Source: a virus (Duplodnaviria; Caudoviricetes). Taken from it: a stretch of DNA of 64,000 nucleotides. The notes under the pieces are model-generated. The model did not search any database and was not told the DNA's origin. It saw only the letters and a program-made list of their open reading frames with translations. Shown one piece after another: positions 38,416 through 48,666 of this stretch; position 1 is the stretch's first letter; the number at the start of each line of letters is the position of its first letter. The stretch lies in the IMG/VR virus record IMGVR_UViG_3300011008_000002; one strand, given 5' to 3'. A program made the translations under genes and the position numbers.

Positions 38416-40581
38416 ATGGCAAATATCCATGAACGTGGAAATTTTGACATGACTGAAATATTGCGGAAATCTCAGGAACAACAGAAAGCCAGAGAAGCCG
38501 CTAAGCAAAAAGCATCATCGACAAACAAGCAATCAGTTGCTGTACAAAAATCTACAGACATTGCATCTGCTCAACATGGTGATTATGTAGAAACCGCTGA
38601 CGGAACTGGCGGTATCTTAATTGATCACGAAGCTGAAATAGAGAAGATGCGGGAGAACGATAAGACAGGGAAAGCCTTAATGCAATTAGTGAAGTATGAC
38701 GGTTTGATATCTGAAGCCAACGCATACAGACCGGAGTATGGAGAAAATGCACCAGAAGGATATGACCCTGGGGTAGAATGGATAAAACAAAATCCATGGG
38801 ATCCAAAGACAAAAGAACTGAAGAAGATAAAAGAAGGATTTGCAGGACTTTCTTATGGTATTGAGGGATTGGTACCAATAGACTCAGAAGAAGCCCATAG
38901 AGTAGCTGAGGCTATGGAAAAAGTTCGTACCGGAGAAATTGTACTCCCTACACCTGAAGAATATGAAATGCAAAGACAAGCTGCTAAAGAACGTAAGAGG
39001 CAGCGAAGAGAAAAGTATTCTCACAACAATAATAAATCTCCTAAAAAACAGGAGACTGTAGTAAACCCAAAAGAAAGAAACTCTATACCTATTGAGGAAG
39101 AAAATCCAGAGCCTCAAATGGCAGAAATGCCAGAGAATGCATACATAACGAAAGGAGTAATGGAACAGATGGATGAAATGAACAATAGTACGCCTAAGCG
39201 TACAGTCAACGTATCTGTAAAACAGCCCGAACAACAGGTTGTGGCACCGCAGAACATCAACAACGCTGTGGATAATGATGTTATCGCACAGCAGATTATG
39301 AACGATCCAAGTTTGGATGTCGAACTTCCTATGGAAGATGATCAGGAAGTAGGTGGAATAGAGATTGAACAAAACGCACAACAACCAAAGCAACCAATCG
39401 ACCTTTTCCAGGTTCAGGAGAATCTTGATGAAGCCAGTAACGATGAAGTTTCTGAAGATGGTAATCAGAATAATACTTCTGATACTGCTTCTGAAAGCAA
39501 CGTCATGGTGATTAATGTACCGAAGGACGAGGTGGATAATTTCGTTAAGCAGATGCCTGTTGAAACGTTCAACAAAATGACAAGTGCAGACGTTATTCAG
39601 ATTAACGAGGTGGAGCTTAAGGATGTTCCTACAGCAACTCGTCGTATCGACAGTATCGCCGAATACAGGGCTATTCGGAACCGTCGTAAGGATAAGAACA
39701 AGCCGACTCAGCTCAGGGAAAGAGCTCTGCCGAACTCCGGTTATGTTGCAACAGTAAAACCGGCTACATCTATGGAGATGTCGACTATGTTCAAGTCTCC
39801 TACTCTCAACAGCGATATTGAATATCAGAAATTATACGATTTCTGCTATACCCATATGGTGGATTCCTCTATTGGAAGGATGTCCTTTGCAGAATTCGTA
39901 AATAACACCGATCCTGCTGAGTTGGAAGATCTCGCATATGACATCTATGCTATGTCTGAAACATCCGAGAGGAAAATCAGCATTCATTGCGGTGAAGGTG
40001 ATGGCGGTTGTGATCAATTCTTTGAGATCACTGTCGATGCTAATACTATTCCAGATATCTCTGGTTTGTCTGACGAGTATAAGAACCGTGTGAAGGAAAT
40101 CATTGAAGTCAGGAACGACCTGAACTCTGCAAAGGAGCTTCAGAAGAATTCTCCGATAATGAAGTATAAGGTTGTCCGGTTTGGTGATTCGTACTTCTAT
40201 GTACGTAAAACGACCGGTCCGATGATGACCAGTAGGGATGATAGGCTCGTTGAGATTGGTGAAAAGCATGGACAGTTTGTTGCACTTTTGATCCTCTTCG
40301 TCGATAAAGTGGTGGTTACTTATCAGGAGAGGGAAGATGTGGAACCTCGAACTGTTGAGTTCACCGATGTTGAAATGATATGTGAAGAACTCAAATCTTT
40401 GGATGACGATCAGCTTGATACGCTTAAGGATATTATTGGTAACAACATCGAAGACTTCCCGAAGATGACATATTCTCTTAAGGGCGATTTCGTTTGCCCT
40501 AATTGTGGAAAAAGGAGAACTCGCATTCCTTGTAGCGTGACTGACCTGATTTTTCAAAAAGTCCAGCGGATGTTCGGTTAA
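38416..40581 (+). CDS. baseplate-hub/tail assembly chaperone (T4 gp26-like C-terminal region)
   Basis: Follows the gp25-like gene; HC...C and CPNCG zinc motifs; disordered N-terminal half; AAGGAGG RBS before ATG 38416. Confidence 0.5.
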   Translation: MANIHERGNFDMTEILRKSQEQQKAREAAKQKASSTNKQSVAVQKSTDIASAQHGDYVETADGTGGILIDHEAEIEKMRENDKTGKALMQLVKYDGLISEANAYRPEYGENAPEGYDPGVEWIKQNPWDPKTKELKKIKEGFAGLSYGIEGLVPIDSEEAHRVAEAMEKVRTGEIVLPTPEEYEMQRQAAKERKRQRREKYSHNNNKSPKKQETVVNPKERNSIPIEEENPEPQMAEMPENAYITKGVMEQMDEMNNSTPKRTVNVSVKQPEQQVVAPQNINNAVDNDVIAQQIMNDPSLDVELPMEDDQEVGGIEIEQNAQQPKQPIDLFQVQENLDEASNDEVSEDGNQNNTSDTASESNVMVINVPKDEVDNFVKQMPVETFNKMTSADVIQINEVELKDVPTATRRIDSIAEYRAIRNRRKDKNKPTQLRERALPNSGYVATVKPATSMEMSTMFKSPTLNSDIEYQKLYDFCYTHMVDSSIGRMSFAEFVNNTDPAELEDLAYDIYAMSETSERKISIHCGEGDGGCDQFFEITVDANTIPDISGLSDEYKNRVKEIIEVRNDLNSAKELQKNSPIMKYKVVRFGDSYFYVRKTTGPMMTSRDDRLVEIGEKHGQFVALLILFVDKVVVTYQEREDVEPRTVEFTDVEMICEELKSLDDDQLDTLKDIIGNNIEDFPKMTYSLKGDFVCPNCGKRRTRIPCSVTDLIFQKVQRMFG

Positions 40582-40817
40582 ACCTAGAACAGCACGACAG
40601 AAACTGGGTTCACCTAGCAAAGGACTTGGGACTACCACTTCCGCTGTGGGAATACGATTCTATGACGAGGGAGCGCATAGATCGTTTTGTCAAAATCATG
40701 GAGGAGCGTCTCGAAGCAGAACATCGTCAACGACAAAAAATTCAGCATGAAGCTGAAGCTCGTGCAAAACAACAACAAAGGGCTGCGAATAAATCGCAGA
40801 GGATGCCTTTGGTGTGA
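40545..40817 (+). CDS. probable -1 frameshift extension of the upstream chaperone
   Basis: -1 frame open from 40545, overlapping ATTTTTCAAAAAG; no convincing RBS/ATG start. Confidence 0.5.
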   Translation, partial: PDFSKSPADVRLNLEQHDRNWVHLAKDLGLPLPLWEYDSMTRERIDRFVKIMEERLEAEHRQRQKIQHEAEARAKQQQRAANKSQRMPLV

Positions 40818-40891
40818 AACAAACTGAAAGACCACCAATTTTCGTGGTGGTCTTTCTTATTAAGAATAAAAAGTATTGGAGGGAAACGAAA

Positions 40892-41209
40892 ATGACATTC
40901 AAGGATAGATTAGAGTATATCGATCAGTGTGTCGCCGGTGAAAAAGAACGTTTCCAGAAGATACTATCTATAAGAGCATTCAATAGCTTCGATAGAAGTT
41001 ATGAACTATTTAGGGATTATATAAAACAAAAGAATACGATAAAAGATGTTAGTTGTGATGTATCGGATGAGTCTATTACCATACATATAGCATCAGATTC
41101 TACTATGGAAGAATTGTTGTCAGACAGCTTTCCGAAAAAGGGTGTAGTTCCTGTAGAAACCGAAACAGGTATTGATTTGCACATCTCATTAATTGAATCT
41201 CTTCCGTAA
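40892..41209 (+). CDS. hypothetical protein
   Basis: GGAGG RBS before ATG 40892. Confidence 0.65.
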   Translation: MTFKDRLEYIDQCVAGEKERFQKILSIRAFNSFDRSYELFRDYIKQKNTIKDVSCDVSDESITIHIASDSTMEELLSDSFPKKGVVPVETETGIDLHISLIESLP

Positions 41210-41235
41210 TACTTTCGAAAAGGAGATGATTTTCT

Positions 41236-42852
41236 ATGAAGATATGGATTACACCACAAGATAAATTTCAGCAACTAAATGGTCTACAGGAAGTCACAAA
41301 CCCAATATCTTTTGAAAAGGGAATGATTCCGACTTCCGATGGATTATTTTCTACTGAGATTTTCGGTATGAACACTTACGACAGACGACATACATGGGCA
41401 TACATAGATCTCAAAAAACATTATCTTACACCAAAAGCATATATATCTTTGAAGGCATTAAATCGAAATTTTGAGTCCGTTATATTTGGCACGAAAAGGT
41501 TTAAGATTGAAAATGGAGTTTTGGAAGCAGATGAGAACGGTGGAACAGGTATTGAATGGCTTTATAAGAATTGGGAAAAGTTAAACTTCCCTAAGAATAG
41601 TAGTAACAAGAGAAGTGCCCATATTGATATGTTAAATAACTACAAAAAAGACGTTTTGTTTATTACAAAGTTTGGAGTTTGTCCGGCTTTTTATCGTGAT
41701 TTCAATACAGCAAATAACGATGGAGGGAAACCAAAAGTTCCTGAAATCAACGATAAATATGCTGCGATTTTAAGAAATGTCAGTATGATAGAATCAGCCA
41801 CGAACTTCGACTTTATGATAAACTCAATAGTCGGTAAAACCCAAGTTCTATTGAACGAAATATATGACCTAATGAAAGAGAAGATTAACGGAAAGAATGG
41901 TTACCTCAGACGTTCTATTCTCGGAAAATCTATTGATTATTGTGGTCGTATAGTCATTACTGCAACACCGTATGATAACGAATCCGTATATGACCAACAC
42001 ATCAATTTCTACTATACTGGAGTCCCGTTGTCTCACTGTTGCGCTCAGCTTACTCCGTTCATTGTATGGTGGCTAAACGGATATTTCCGTACTCGTGTAA
42101 TCGCCAGCAAAGACCAGTTTCCTGTAATGAACGATAAGTTAGAAAAGGTTTATGTACATCTTGACAATCCTGAAACAGTATTCAATGACGATTACATTGA
42201 TAAGAATTTGACTAGATGGATTAATAACCCTTCTAGCAGATTTGATTATATCGAAATTCCTATTAGGGAAGATGACAGGAAAAAGTTTGGTATCAAAGGT
42301 CCTAGGTATTTGATGTTAAATGGGTATTCATATACATCAACATCAATGGCTAGAACAGCATACCAGACAAACGGTACAAATAATGGGGTTTTACTTGAAA
42401 GACCAATGACCTGGACTGATTTGTTATATATGGCGGCATTTGATGTATCAGAAGATAAACACGTTGAAATCACTAGATACCCTATGCTTGATTATTTGGG
42501 GACATTTTTCTCAAGGATTTATGTTATTTCAACAAGGCAAACCGTTCCAATGATTATCAATGACAAATTATATGAAACATATCCTTATATCCAAACTAAC
42601 ATTCCTAAGGGTAGAGTTGAAGCTCAATTCATTGATTCATATAAAATATGCCCGCTATATCTTCCTGGACTTGATGGAGACCATGATGGCGATCAGATAA
42701 CATCTAAAATGGTCTTTTCAAAAGAGGCAAACGAAGAGATTGAAAGAATTATGACCAGTAAATCGAATATACTTACGATTGATGGTGGGAGTATTCGTTC
42801 AATCGGTAATGAGGGTATTCAAACCCTTTATACACTAACGAAATTTCATTGA
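41236..42852 (+). CDS. RNA polymerase beta'-like subunit, N-terminal/catalytic part (probable virion RNAP)
   Basis: DGLFSTEIFG, GKNGYLRRSILGKSIDYCGRIVI, TRYP and catalytic DGDHDGD; lies among structural genes. Confidence 0.9.
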   Translation: MKIWITPQDKFQQLNGLQEVTNPISFEKGMIPTSDGLFSTEIFGMNTYDRRHTWAYIDLKKHYLTPKAYISLKALNRNFESVIFGTKRFKIENGVLEADENGGTGIEWLYKNWEKLNFPKNSSNKRSAHIDMLNNYKKDVLFITKFGVCPAFYRDFNTANNDGGKPKVPEINDKYAAILRNVSMIESATNFDFMINSIVGKTQVLLNEIYDLMKEKINGKNGYLRRSILGKSIDYCGRIVITATPYDNESVYDQHINFYYTGVPLSHCCAQLTPFIVWWLNGYFRTRVIASKDQFPVMNDKLEKVYVHLDNPETVFNDDYIDKNLTRWINNPSSRFDYIEIPIREDDRKKFGIKGPRYLMLNGYSYTSTSMARTAYQTNGTNNGVLLERPMTWTDLLYMAAFDVSEDKHVEITRYPMLDYLGTFFSRIYVISTRQTVPMIINDKLYETYPYIQTNIPKGRVEAQFIDSYKICPLYLPGLDGDHDGDQITSKMVFSKEANEEIERIMTSKSNILTIDGGSIRSIGNEGIQTLYTLTKFH

Positions 42853-42942
42853 TGCGAATGATAAGTGACATGACAAAATCTGGTCACTTATCATTTTGCT
42901 TTCTACAAAAACTTAAGAAAATAAGGATAGGAGAATAATTAT

Positions 42943-44634
42943 ATGAAAAATTATAGAGACTTTGATATAATGAGAGCTAGAATTATAGCTGGAATTATTT
43001 CAGACAGGGATTTTGATATTCCTGTCGAAATTTATGACGAACTCAATAGCGAAGTAGTTATCTTATTATTGGATGATAAAATGAAATACTTAGGTAATAA
43101 GCAACTACTTGATAATTATGTACAGAACGAAAACGAACAGGGATTTTTCAAATACGTAAGAGAATGCGTGAAACACACAGATGCGTTATTTCAGATACTT
43201 AGATTTTCCAAGCATTCAGCAGAACGGTTGTTGTTTTTCTCTGGTAAGGAATGGGCTAAATTAGCAAAAGTTGATATAAAAACAGTTATGAATGACCTAA
43301 ACTTAGCCCTAGAGATACCAGAACTTAACGATGTAGTTCTTCTGATAATCATTTCCGTGATTGGAGTTCGTGTGAAATCTATGGGTTATATTAACGAAAC
43401 CAAGCTTTATGATACTTATCTCAGAAGCATAGATACCGATAATTTTAATGTTAAAAGTGCAGTAAAACTGGCATATCTTCTTGGGTTCAACGAAGATTAC
43501 AACGAGACTTTGAATTGTCTCAATAATGGTATACCGGTTTTATATAAGAAATTTTCATTAGAAGACCCATTAACGATTGTTATGTATCTTCAAACAGTAT
43601 TAGCGTCCGGGTACAACGGTATACTTGACGATAATATAAGTGATCAGTTAATCGAATACTATACTGATTACGTAGATGATGACTTAGATTTTTCGTGTAT
43701 CAAAATGCTATACGAGATTGGCGTAACCTTAAATCATAACAACCTGAAATACTTCCATAAGGTTATAAATTTACCCATAAGTACGGATGAGTTTATTAAA
43801 GAACTCAATATGCCAACTCTCAAATATGGTAAGTTTGATTATAATTATACTTTAACCCCATATGGATATATAAAGAATTTCAAAGTCATCACTGAGATTC
43901 TCGGAAAATCCAATACTGGATACTCACCGGTCTTACAAACGTTATTCATTAAGCGTGGTGGGGACATCGAAACAATGTTTGATGAAAACGGTAAACTTCT
44001 ACCAGAGGCATCTATCATAAGAACTAGAGACTCATTGGGAGAACTATTACGAATTTTAAGTGTTGATCAAATCAGGTTTTTGTTATTAAATTCACCTGAA
44101 TTTGTAAGCAATATCATTACAGCAGATTGGCAAGAGATGACTGATTGTATAAATATTGCAAAAGCCCTTATGGTTATACCGTTAGATGAAAATCTCTGGT
44201 CAGTTATAAACAATGATAATTTAGATAAACCCTTAGATTACAGAATGATGCTCATCAGTAAAATAAGAAGTTTTGTACCATTGAATATTTTATATGAAAT
44301 GGTACCTGAGACTATGGCGTATATCGAACCAAGTGTTGTATATATCAGTAGATTTATGACACTTGATAAGATGACTTATCCTCCTGCTCATAGGTTAATC
44401 CCATACTTAAAGAGATACATCGGTAATAAAAGTAAGTATAAGAGAATAAATCTGTATGAGAAAGGGGATTATGCATCAATACTAAGTGCAGTTGGTGATG
44501 ATTATCAATTCATGATTAGTAATATAGTCAATGGTGGAAAATACGGTTATATCTGTGATATGAAAGTTGATAATATCAGTGAACTGATAGATGCTATCAC
44601 CAGACTAACTTTAGAAGGGATAGAAGGGAGATGA
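42943..44634 (+). CDS. hypothetical late protein
   Basis: ACAA-N5-TAA at 42905-42916; AGGAG RBS. Confidence 0.6.
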   Translation: MKNYRDFDIMRARIIAGIISDRDFDIPVEIYDELNSEVVILLLDDKMKYLGNKQLLDNYVQNENEQGFFKYVRECVKHTDALFQILRFSKHSAERLLFFSGKEWAKLAKVDIKTVMNDLNLALEIPELNDVVLLIIISVIGVRVKSMGYINETKLYDTYLRSIDTDNFNVKSAVKLAYLLGFNEDYNETLNCLNNGIPVLYKKFSLEDPLTIVMYLQTVLASGYNGILDDNISDQLIEYYTDYVDDDLDFSCIKMLYEIGVTLNHNNLKYFHKVINLPISTDEFIKELNMPTLKYGKFDYNYTLTPYGYIKNFKVITEILGKSNTGYSPVLQTLFIKRGGDIETMFDENGKLLPEASIIRTRDSLGELLRILSVDQIRFLLLNSPEFVSNIITADWQEMTDCINIAKALMVIPLDENLWSVINNDNLDKPLDYRMMLISKIRSFVPLNILYEMVPETMAYIEPSVVYISRFMTLDKMTYPPAHRLIPYLKRYIGNKSKYKRINLYEKGDYASILSAVGDDYQFMISNIVNGGKYGYICDMKVDNISELIDAITRLTLEGIEGR

Positions 44635-44641
44635 GTTTCAT

Positions 44642-45895
44642 ATGACATCAATATTAGATAAAGTATCTGGTGGGGAAAAGTGGAAAGCCTGTAAATATTC
44701 CATAAATATTTCCCTCAAGTTTGAAGATGGTACTGTGAGAAAACTCCATACAACCCAAATTCTTAGCTTATATATTGAGAAAGACTTCGATACAGATCAT
44801 TTACCAATAATGATGGTTGATTTAGCACTTAGTACAATCGACCAAAATTTAGTAAACAGTAAGACGGAATTTCAGGTACAGATAAAGCAGTTTTATATAG
44901 AAGAAAGTGAGGGTGAAAAGAAATCCCAGAAATATTTTCTAAATGATACATTTGTGAAGATGGATTATGGGAAAAGCCCTGACTCAGCTGCCAAAATTAA
45001 CAAAGACATACGTAAAGAGGAATACTTATCAGACGACGATGTCGCTCCTGTTGATTTAACCAATAAGGTTTCTTATACCTTATATAAGAAATCTGATTTA
45101 GCATTGACAAAAACCATTGTAAATGGTAATCTGTCAAATGTCACACAGCTAAAAATATTGGCTTGGATGATACAAAAATCCGGATGTAGGAAAAGATTTC
45201 TTTTATCCAACTTTACAAATTCAAAGGAAGTAAAAGAAATCATGGTTCATCCTAAGGGATTTCTTGAAAGTATGATAGAGACCGAAAAAGAATATGGTTG
45301 GCATACTGAAGGAACTTACATATTTTTCGATTATGACTTACTATATATTATCAGAATGAATGGTAAGTGTACTGCATGGCAGCAAAATGAACCAAAAACA
45401 TTGTGCTTCTGCATAACCAGTTCAACATCATCCGATAATATACCAACTGGTGTACTCCCTAAAAATGACACGATTTATTACAATATAGGGGGAGACCAGT
45501 ACAAAACTTCAGTATCAACCGACATCAATGAACATATCGAAGGGAGCAACGTGATATTGGTAAATACATCTGATGGTAGTACGTCAAATGTATCTGGTGG
45601 TTCATCGGGTGGGTCATATCAGGCTAAATCATATCACGGTCATAATCCCTATGTGAGCGAGCAACATAAAAGAAGACAGTCTGAACTAGCAAATCAGGTA
45701 ACTCTTGTTTGTATGAATGGGGATATTGGATACCTGACTCCTAATAAGGCTGTAAAGATACTTACTGATATGACAGAGAATGTAAGTAAGTTCAACGGAG
45801 ATTTTAGATTAGCTGAAATTAAGGTGTCTTTCGGAAAGAATGGGGAGTTCTTTGATAACGCTGCGAGGATAGTGTTGAAAAAGGTATCCAATTAA
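44642..45895 (+). CDS. putative baseplate hub/tail protein
   Basis: Size, late operon, and C-terminal GD...LTPNK.V pattern seen in gp27-like hubs. Confidence 0.4.
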   Translation: MTSILDKVSGGEKWKACKYSINISLKFEDGTVRKLHTTQILSLYIEKDFDTDHLPIMMVDLALSTIDQNLVNSKTEFQVQIKQFYIEESEGEKKSQKYFLNDTFVKMDYGKSPDSAAKINKDIRKEEYLSDDDVAPVDLTNKVSYTLYKKSDLALTKTIVNGNLSNVTQLKILAWMIQKSGCRKRFLLSNFTNSKEVKEIMVHPKGFLESMIETEKEYGWHTEGTYIFFDYDLLYIIRMNGKCTAWQQNEPKTLCFCITSSTSSDNIPTGVLPKNDTIYYNIGGDQYKTSVSTDINEHIEGSNVILVNTSDGSTSNVSGGSSGGSYQAKSYHGHNPYVSEQHKRRQSELANQVTLVCMNGDIGYLTPNKAVKILTDMTENVSKFNGDFRLAEIKVSFGKNGEFFDNAARIVLKKVSN

Positions 45896-45927
45896 TCCGT
45901 TTGGTCGTTATTTTATTGCTATATTAA
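45890..45927 (+). promoter_or_regulatory. 38-bp repeated putative early promoter, copy 3
   Basis: AATTAATCCGTTTGGTCGTTATTTTATTGCTATATTAA. Confidence 0.6.
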
Positions 45928-45966
45928 ACCTCTGTAACTAGAGATCATTCATAAAGGAGGCATCAT

Positions 45967-46227
45967 ATGATAACCCCTAGGTCGTTCAGTGTCGATGGTA
46001 GAAAACATATATCCATTGATGAGGGATTTTCCCTGGACTTCGACGATGAATTCCGATCCGTCACGATAACCGATGACACACGTGATGAAAAGAGGGCTGT
46101 GTTGTTTGATACGTGGGGAGAGGTCAATAAGTTTCGTTGTAAATTAAAAGGAGAAACGCTAGAGATTGCATTTTACTCTAACATGATCACCGTACCAATG
46201 ATAAGTGTTGATCGTGGTATAGGGTGA
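45967..46227 (+). CDS. small early protein (86 aa)
   Basis: AAAGGAGG RBS; own promoter repeat and terminator (~46236-46276). Confidence 0.75.
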   Translation: MITPRSFSVDGRKHISIDEGFSLDFDDEFRSVTITDDTRDEKRAVLFDTWGEVNKFRCKLKGETLEIAFYSNMITVPMISVDRGIG

Positions 46228-46277
46228 CGATTATGAGGACTGGGAACTTTTATTGTTCCCAGTCCTATTTTTTGTAT

Positions 46278-48545
46278 TTAACCTGCTTTTACAACCTCTT
46301 CGTTTTCTTCTTTCTGCTCCTTAGCGGCATTCTTAGAGATGTACTTACCATTCTTGTCGAACTTTGGACGAGTACCATCTATCTCCGATAAGGCATTTAC
46401 ATAAGCAAGGAATTGCTCCTCTCTTGCTTTGATGTAGAGTGTAATGACATTCTTGAAGAACCTATCTGTATTCTTCTTATATTCAACAGCTGCATTATTG
46501 GTCTTCTTATTACCACCTTCAGCCTCTGTTTTATCTTCAGAAGATACTTGCGTAGCAGACTTCAGTTCATTATTCTGAGCATTAGAATCTTTCGCACCTT
46601 CATTTCCTGATGCAGTCTGATTAGCAGCATTACTCTTATTGGCATCTGACAGTCCTGCATTAGCTGTACCAACATTCGTTTCTCCAGCTTCTGTAACAAC
46701 TGTTCTCTTACTACCAGTAATAGGTCCGAATATTGAATTATAATTCTCACAAGCTATCACTTCACTTTCACAGATAGGTCTACTTATCAAATCCAAATAA
46801 GTACTACCAGTAACTGATTCCGTTACAGTGAACCCATCACTCAGATTCTTGAATGTACTACTGATGTTTTCTGAAGGTTTCGTTACAGACGTTCCATATT
46901 GGTCAATATACTTAACCATAGCAGATACTTTGTTTGAAAGATCTGCTCCATTTAATGTAACAGTATCAAGTTTACCATCAGTTGCACCAGTACGGAAATA
47001 GTTAATCAAGATATTCTTACTAGAATCATCATTGATTTTTTCTAAAGAATCTAAGTTACTGACAATGTCTTTAGCATACCCGTAGTTTGAAAAATCCCTA
47101 TTGGTATAAGCCTTACGGATTGCTCCTATAATGGAGTTAGCCATTCCTGCGTAATCTGCGTCAGCAAAATTAGCCATTTTGAAATCTTTTTTATTCTTGG
47201 CTTTATCAGCCAACCCATCTTTGATTTCAGCTAACCACGGCTTATATCTCTGAGCTTCCCCAATAGCTTTCTGACGGAATGCTTTTACAACTGTCTCAAT
47301 AATATCAGATATAACTTGTTTCACCTTTCCCATACGAGAGTCCATATCTGCTTCGAATAACCAAATAGTTTCATGACCCTTTATGGACTCAATGAGAAAT
47401 TCTGCCTCTGTAAGAAGTGAAATCTTTGAAAGTTCGTCGTAATACTTGTAACTCTGAATATCAGACTCAAGAGCATATGATGCATAGCTCCTTCCCATAT
47501 ATCCATAATCAGGGAATACCGTAAGACTCTCAGATGTACTGGTTTCTTTAGTCTCCCCAAATAAACATTTCCTGAGGATAATTCTCTCCTGTTTAATCTG
47601 ATCTTTCAGAGCATTTACACGTTCACAAGCAACAAGATTTATCATACCCGCAATCTTATTTACTTGCTTTGATTTCATAGATGCATACGCTGCGATAATA
47701 TCTGTATTGGAAGCGTCAATGTAGTTATTAGTAGAACTGAATTTTCTATCGGAAATATCTATCCTAGCTGCATTGACCTGAGTATTCTTTCCTCTATATA
47801 TCTTCGGTAACGTATCCGAGAAAAACGATTCCGTTTTAGATAATAGAGTAAGTAACTTATCTCTATCTCTTATGGCTTCCTTTTTTGTCTTCTCAATTTT
47901 TTCAGCGTGCGAAAGTATACCATTGACATAAGTTTTATCAACCTCAATTTCACTGGTACTCTCTTCATCGTTTCGATAATATTTCCTGATTGTGTCAGTG
48001 AACTCGTCATCAGGTATGGATTGCCCATATCCAAGCACTTCGCCTCTGAGTTTATCAAGATTGTCTTCTTTCAACCACTCAAATATTTGGTCTTTGAAAT
48101 CACCATTCTTGAGTTTTGACAACTTCTCAATATCAGAATTATAATCGGATACAATTTTTTCAAACTCTGATGTATTCGGACCAGACTTCTCAAGAACAGT
48201 GAATTTATACCCTCTGATTTTGAAATCTATATCCTTATCGCTGATATGAGGTTTCACCTGAGCAGCAAGTTTATCTAAGTCTTCAGAACCTGATGTAATA
48301 TAGAGAAGAATCTTTTTGAAAAAGGCTTTAATCTTTTCCATAATCTTCTTGATTCCATCAGCAATCTTCTTGAACATATCTAATGCACCCTCTACTACAA
48401 TATCAGGGTCTGCACCAGAACCTATCAAGTATCCTTCATATACGAAGGATTTGAAATTTTCCGAATCTGACCGTTTGATATCATACACTATAGAGAGAGC
48501 TTCAAGAGTTGCATCAAAAGAATCAAGTTCTAGTAATGTATTCAT
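46278..48545 (-). CDS. internal head protein-like, paralog 1 (two tandem units)
   Basis: Propeptide-like TLEA/VVEG followed by amphipathic IKKIMEKIKAFFKKI; second unit after ALES/LFEA; ACAA-N5-TAA at 48569-48580. Confidence 0.55.
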   Translation of the reverse strand: MNTLLELDSFDATLEALSIVYDIKRSDSENFKSFVYEGYLIGSGADPDIVVEGALDMFKKIADGIKKIMEKIKAFFKKILLYITSGSEDLDKLAAQVKPHISDKDIDFKIRGYKFTVLEKSGPNTSEFEKIVSDYNSDIEKLSKLKNGDFKDQIFEWLKEDNLDKLRGEVLGYGQSIPDDEFTDTIRKYYRNDEESTSEIEVDKTYVNGILSHAEKIEKTKKEAIRDRDKLLTLLSKTESFFSDTLPKIYRGKNTQVNAARIDISDRKFSSTNNYIDASNTDIIAAYASMKSKQVNKIAGMINLVACERVNALKDQIKQERIILRKCLFGETKETSTSESLTVFPDYGYMGRSYASYALESDIQSYKYYDELSKISLLTEAEFLIESIKGHETIWLFEADMDSRMGKVKQVISDIIETVVKAFRQKAIGEAQRYKPWLAEIKDGLADKAKNKKDFKMANFADADYAGMANSIIGAIRKAYTNRDFSNYGYAKDIVSNLDSLEKINDDSSKNILINYFRTGATDGKLDTVTLNGADLSNKVSAMVKYIDQYGTSVTKPSENISSTFKNLSDGFTVTESVTGSTYLDLISRPICESEVIACENYNSIFGPITGSKRTVVTEAGETNVGTANAGLSDANKSNAANQTASGNEGAKDSNAQNNELKSATQVSSEDKTEAEGGNKKTNNAAVEYKKNTDRFFKNVITLYIKAREEQFLAYVNALSEIDGTRPKFDKNGKYISKNAAKEQKEENEEVVKAG

Positions 48546-48666
48546 TGATTACTCTCCTTTCGTTATCTTTATTATTTTGTAGCCATAAAATAAACAAGAA
48601 CAGAGGAACCAAATCCTCTGTTCTTGCTTCTTATATCCTTTTGAGGATATGTAACCGTGTTCTTTA

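Noticed and set aside
39832-40638. 268-aa antisense ORF (and similar antisense ORFs such as 60165-60785 and 1978-2529)
   Set aside because: Antisense shadows of well-supported genes, without RBS or recognisable motifs
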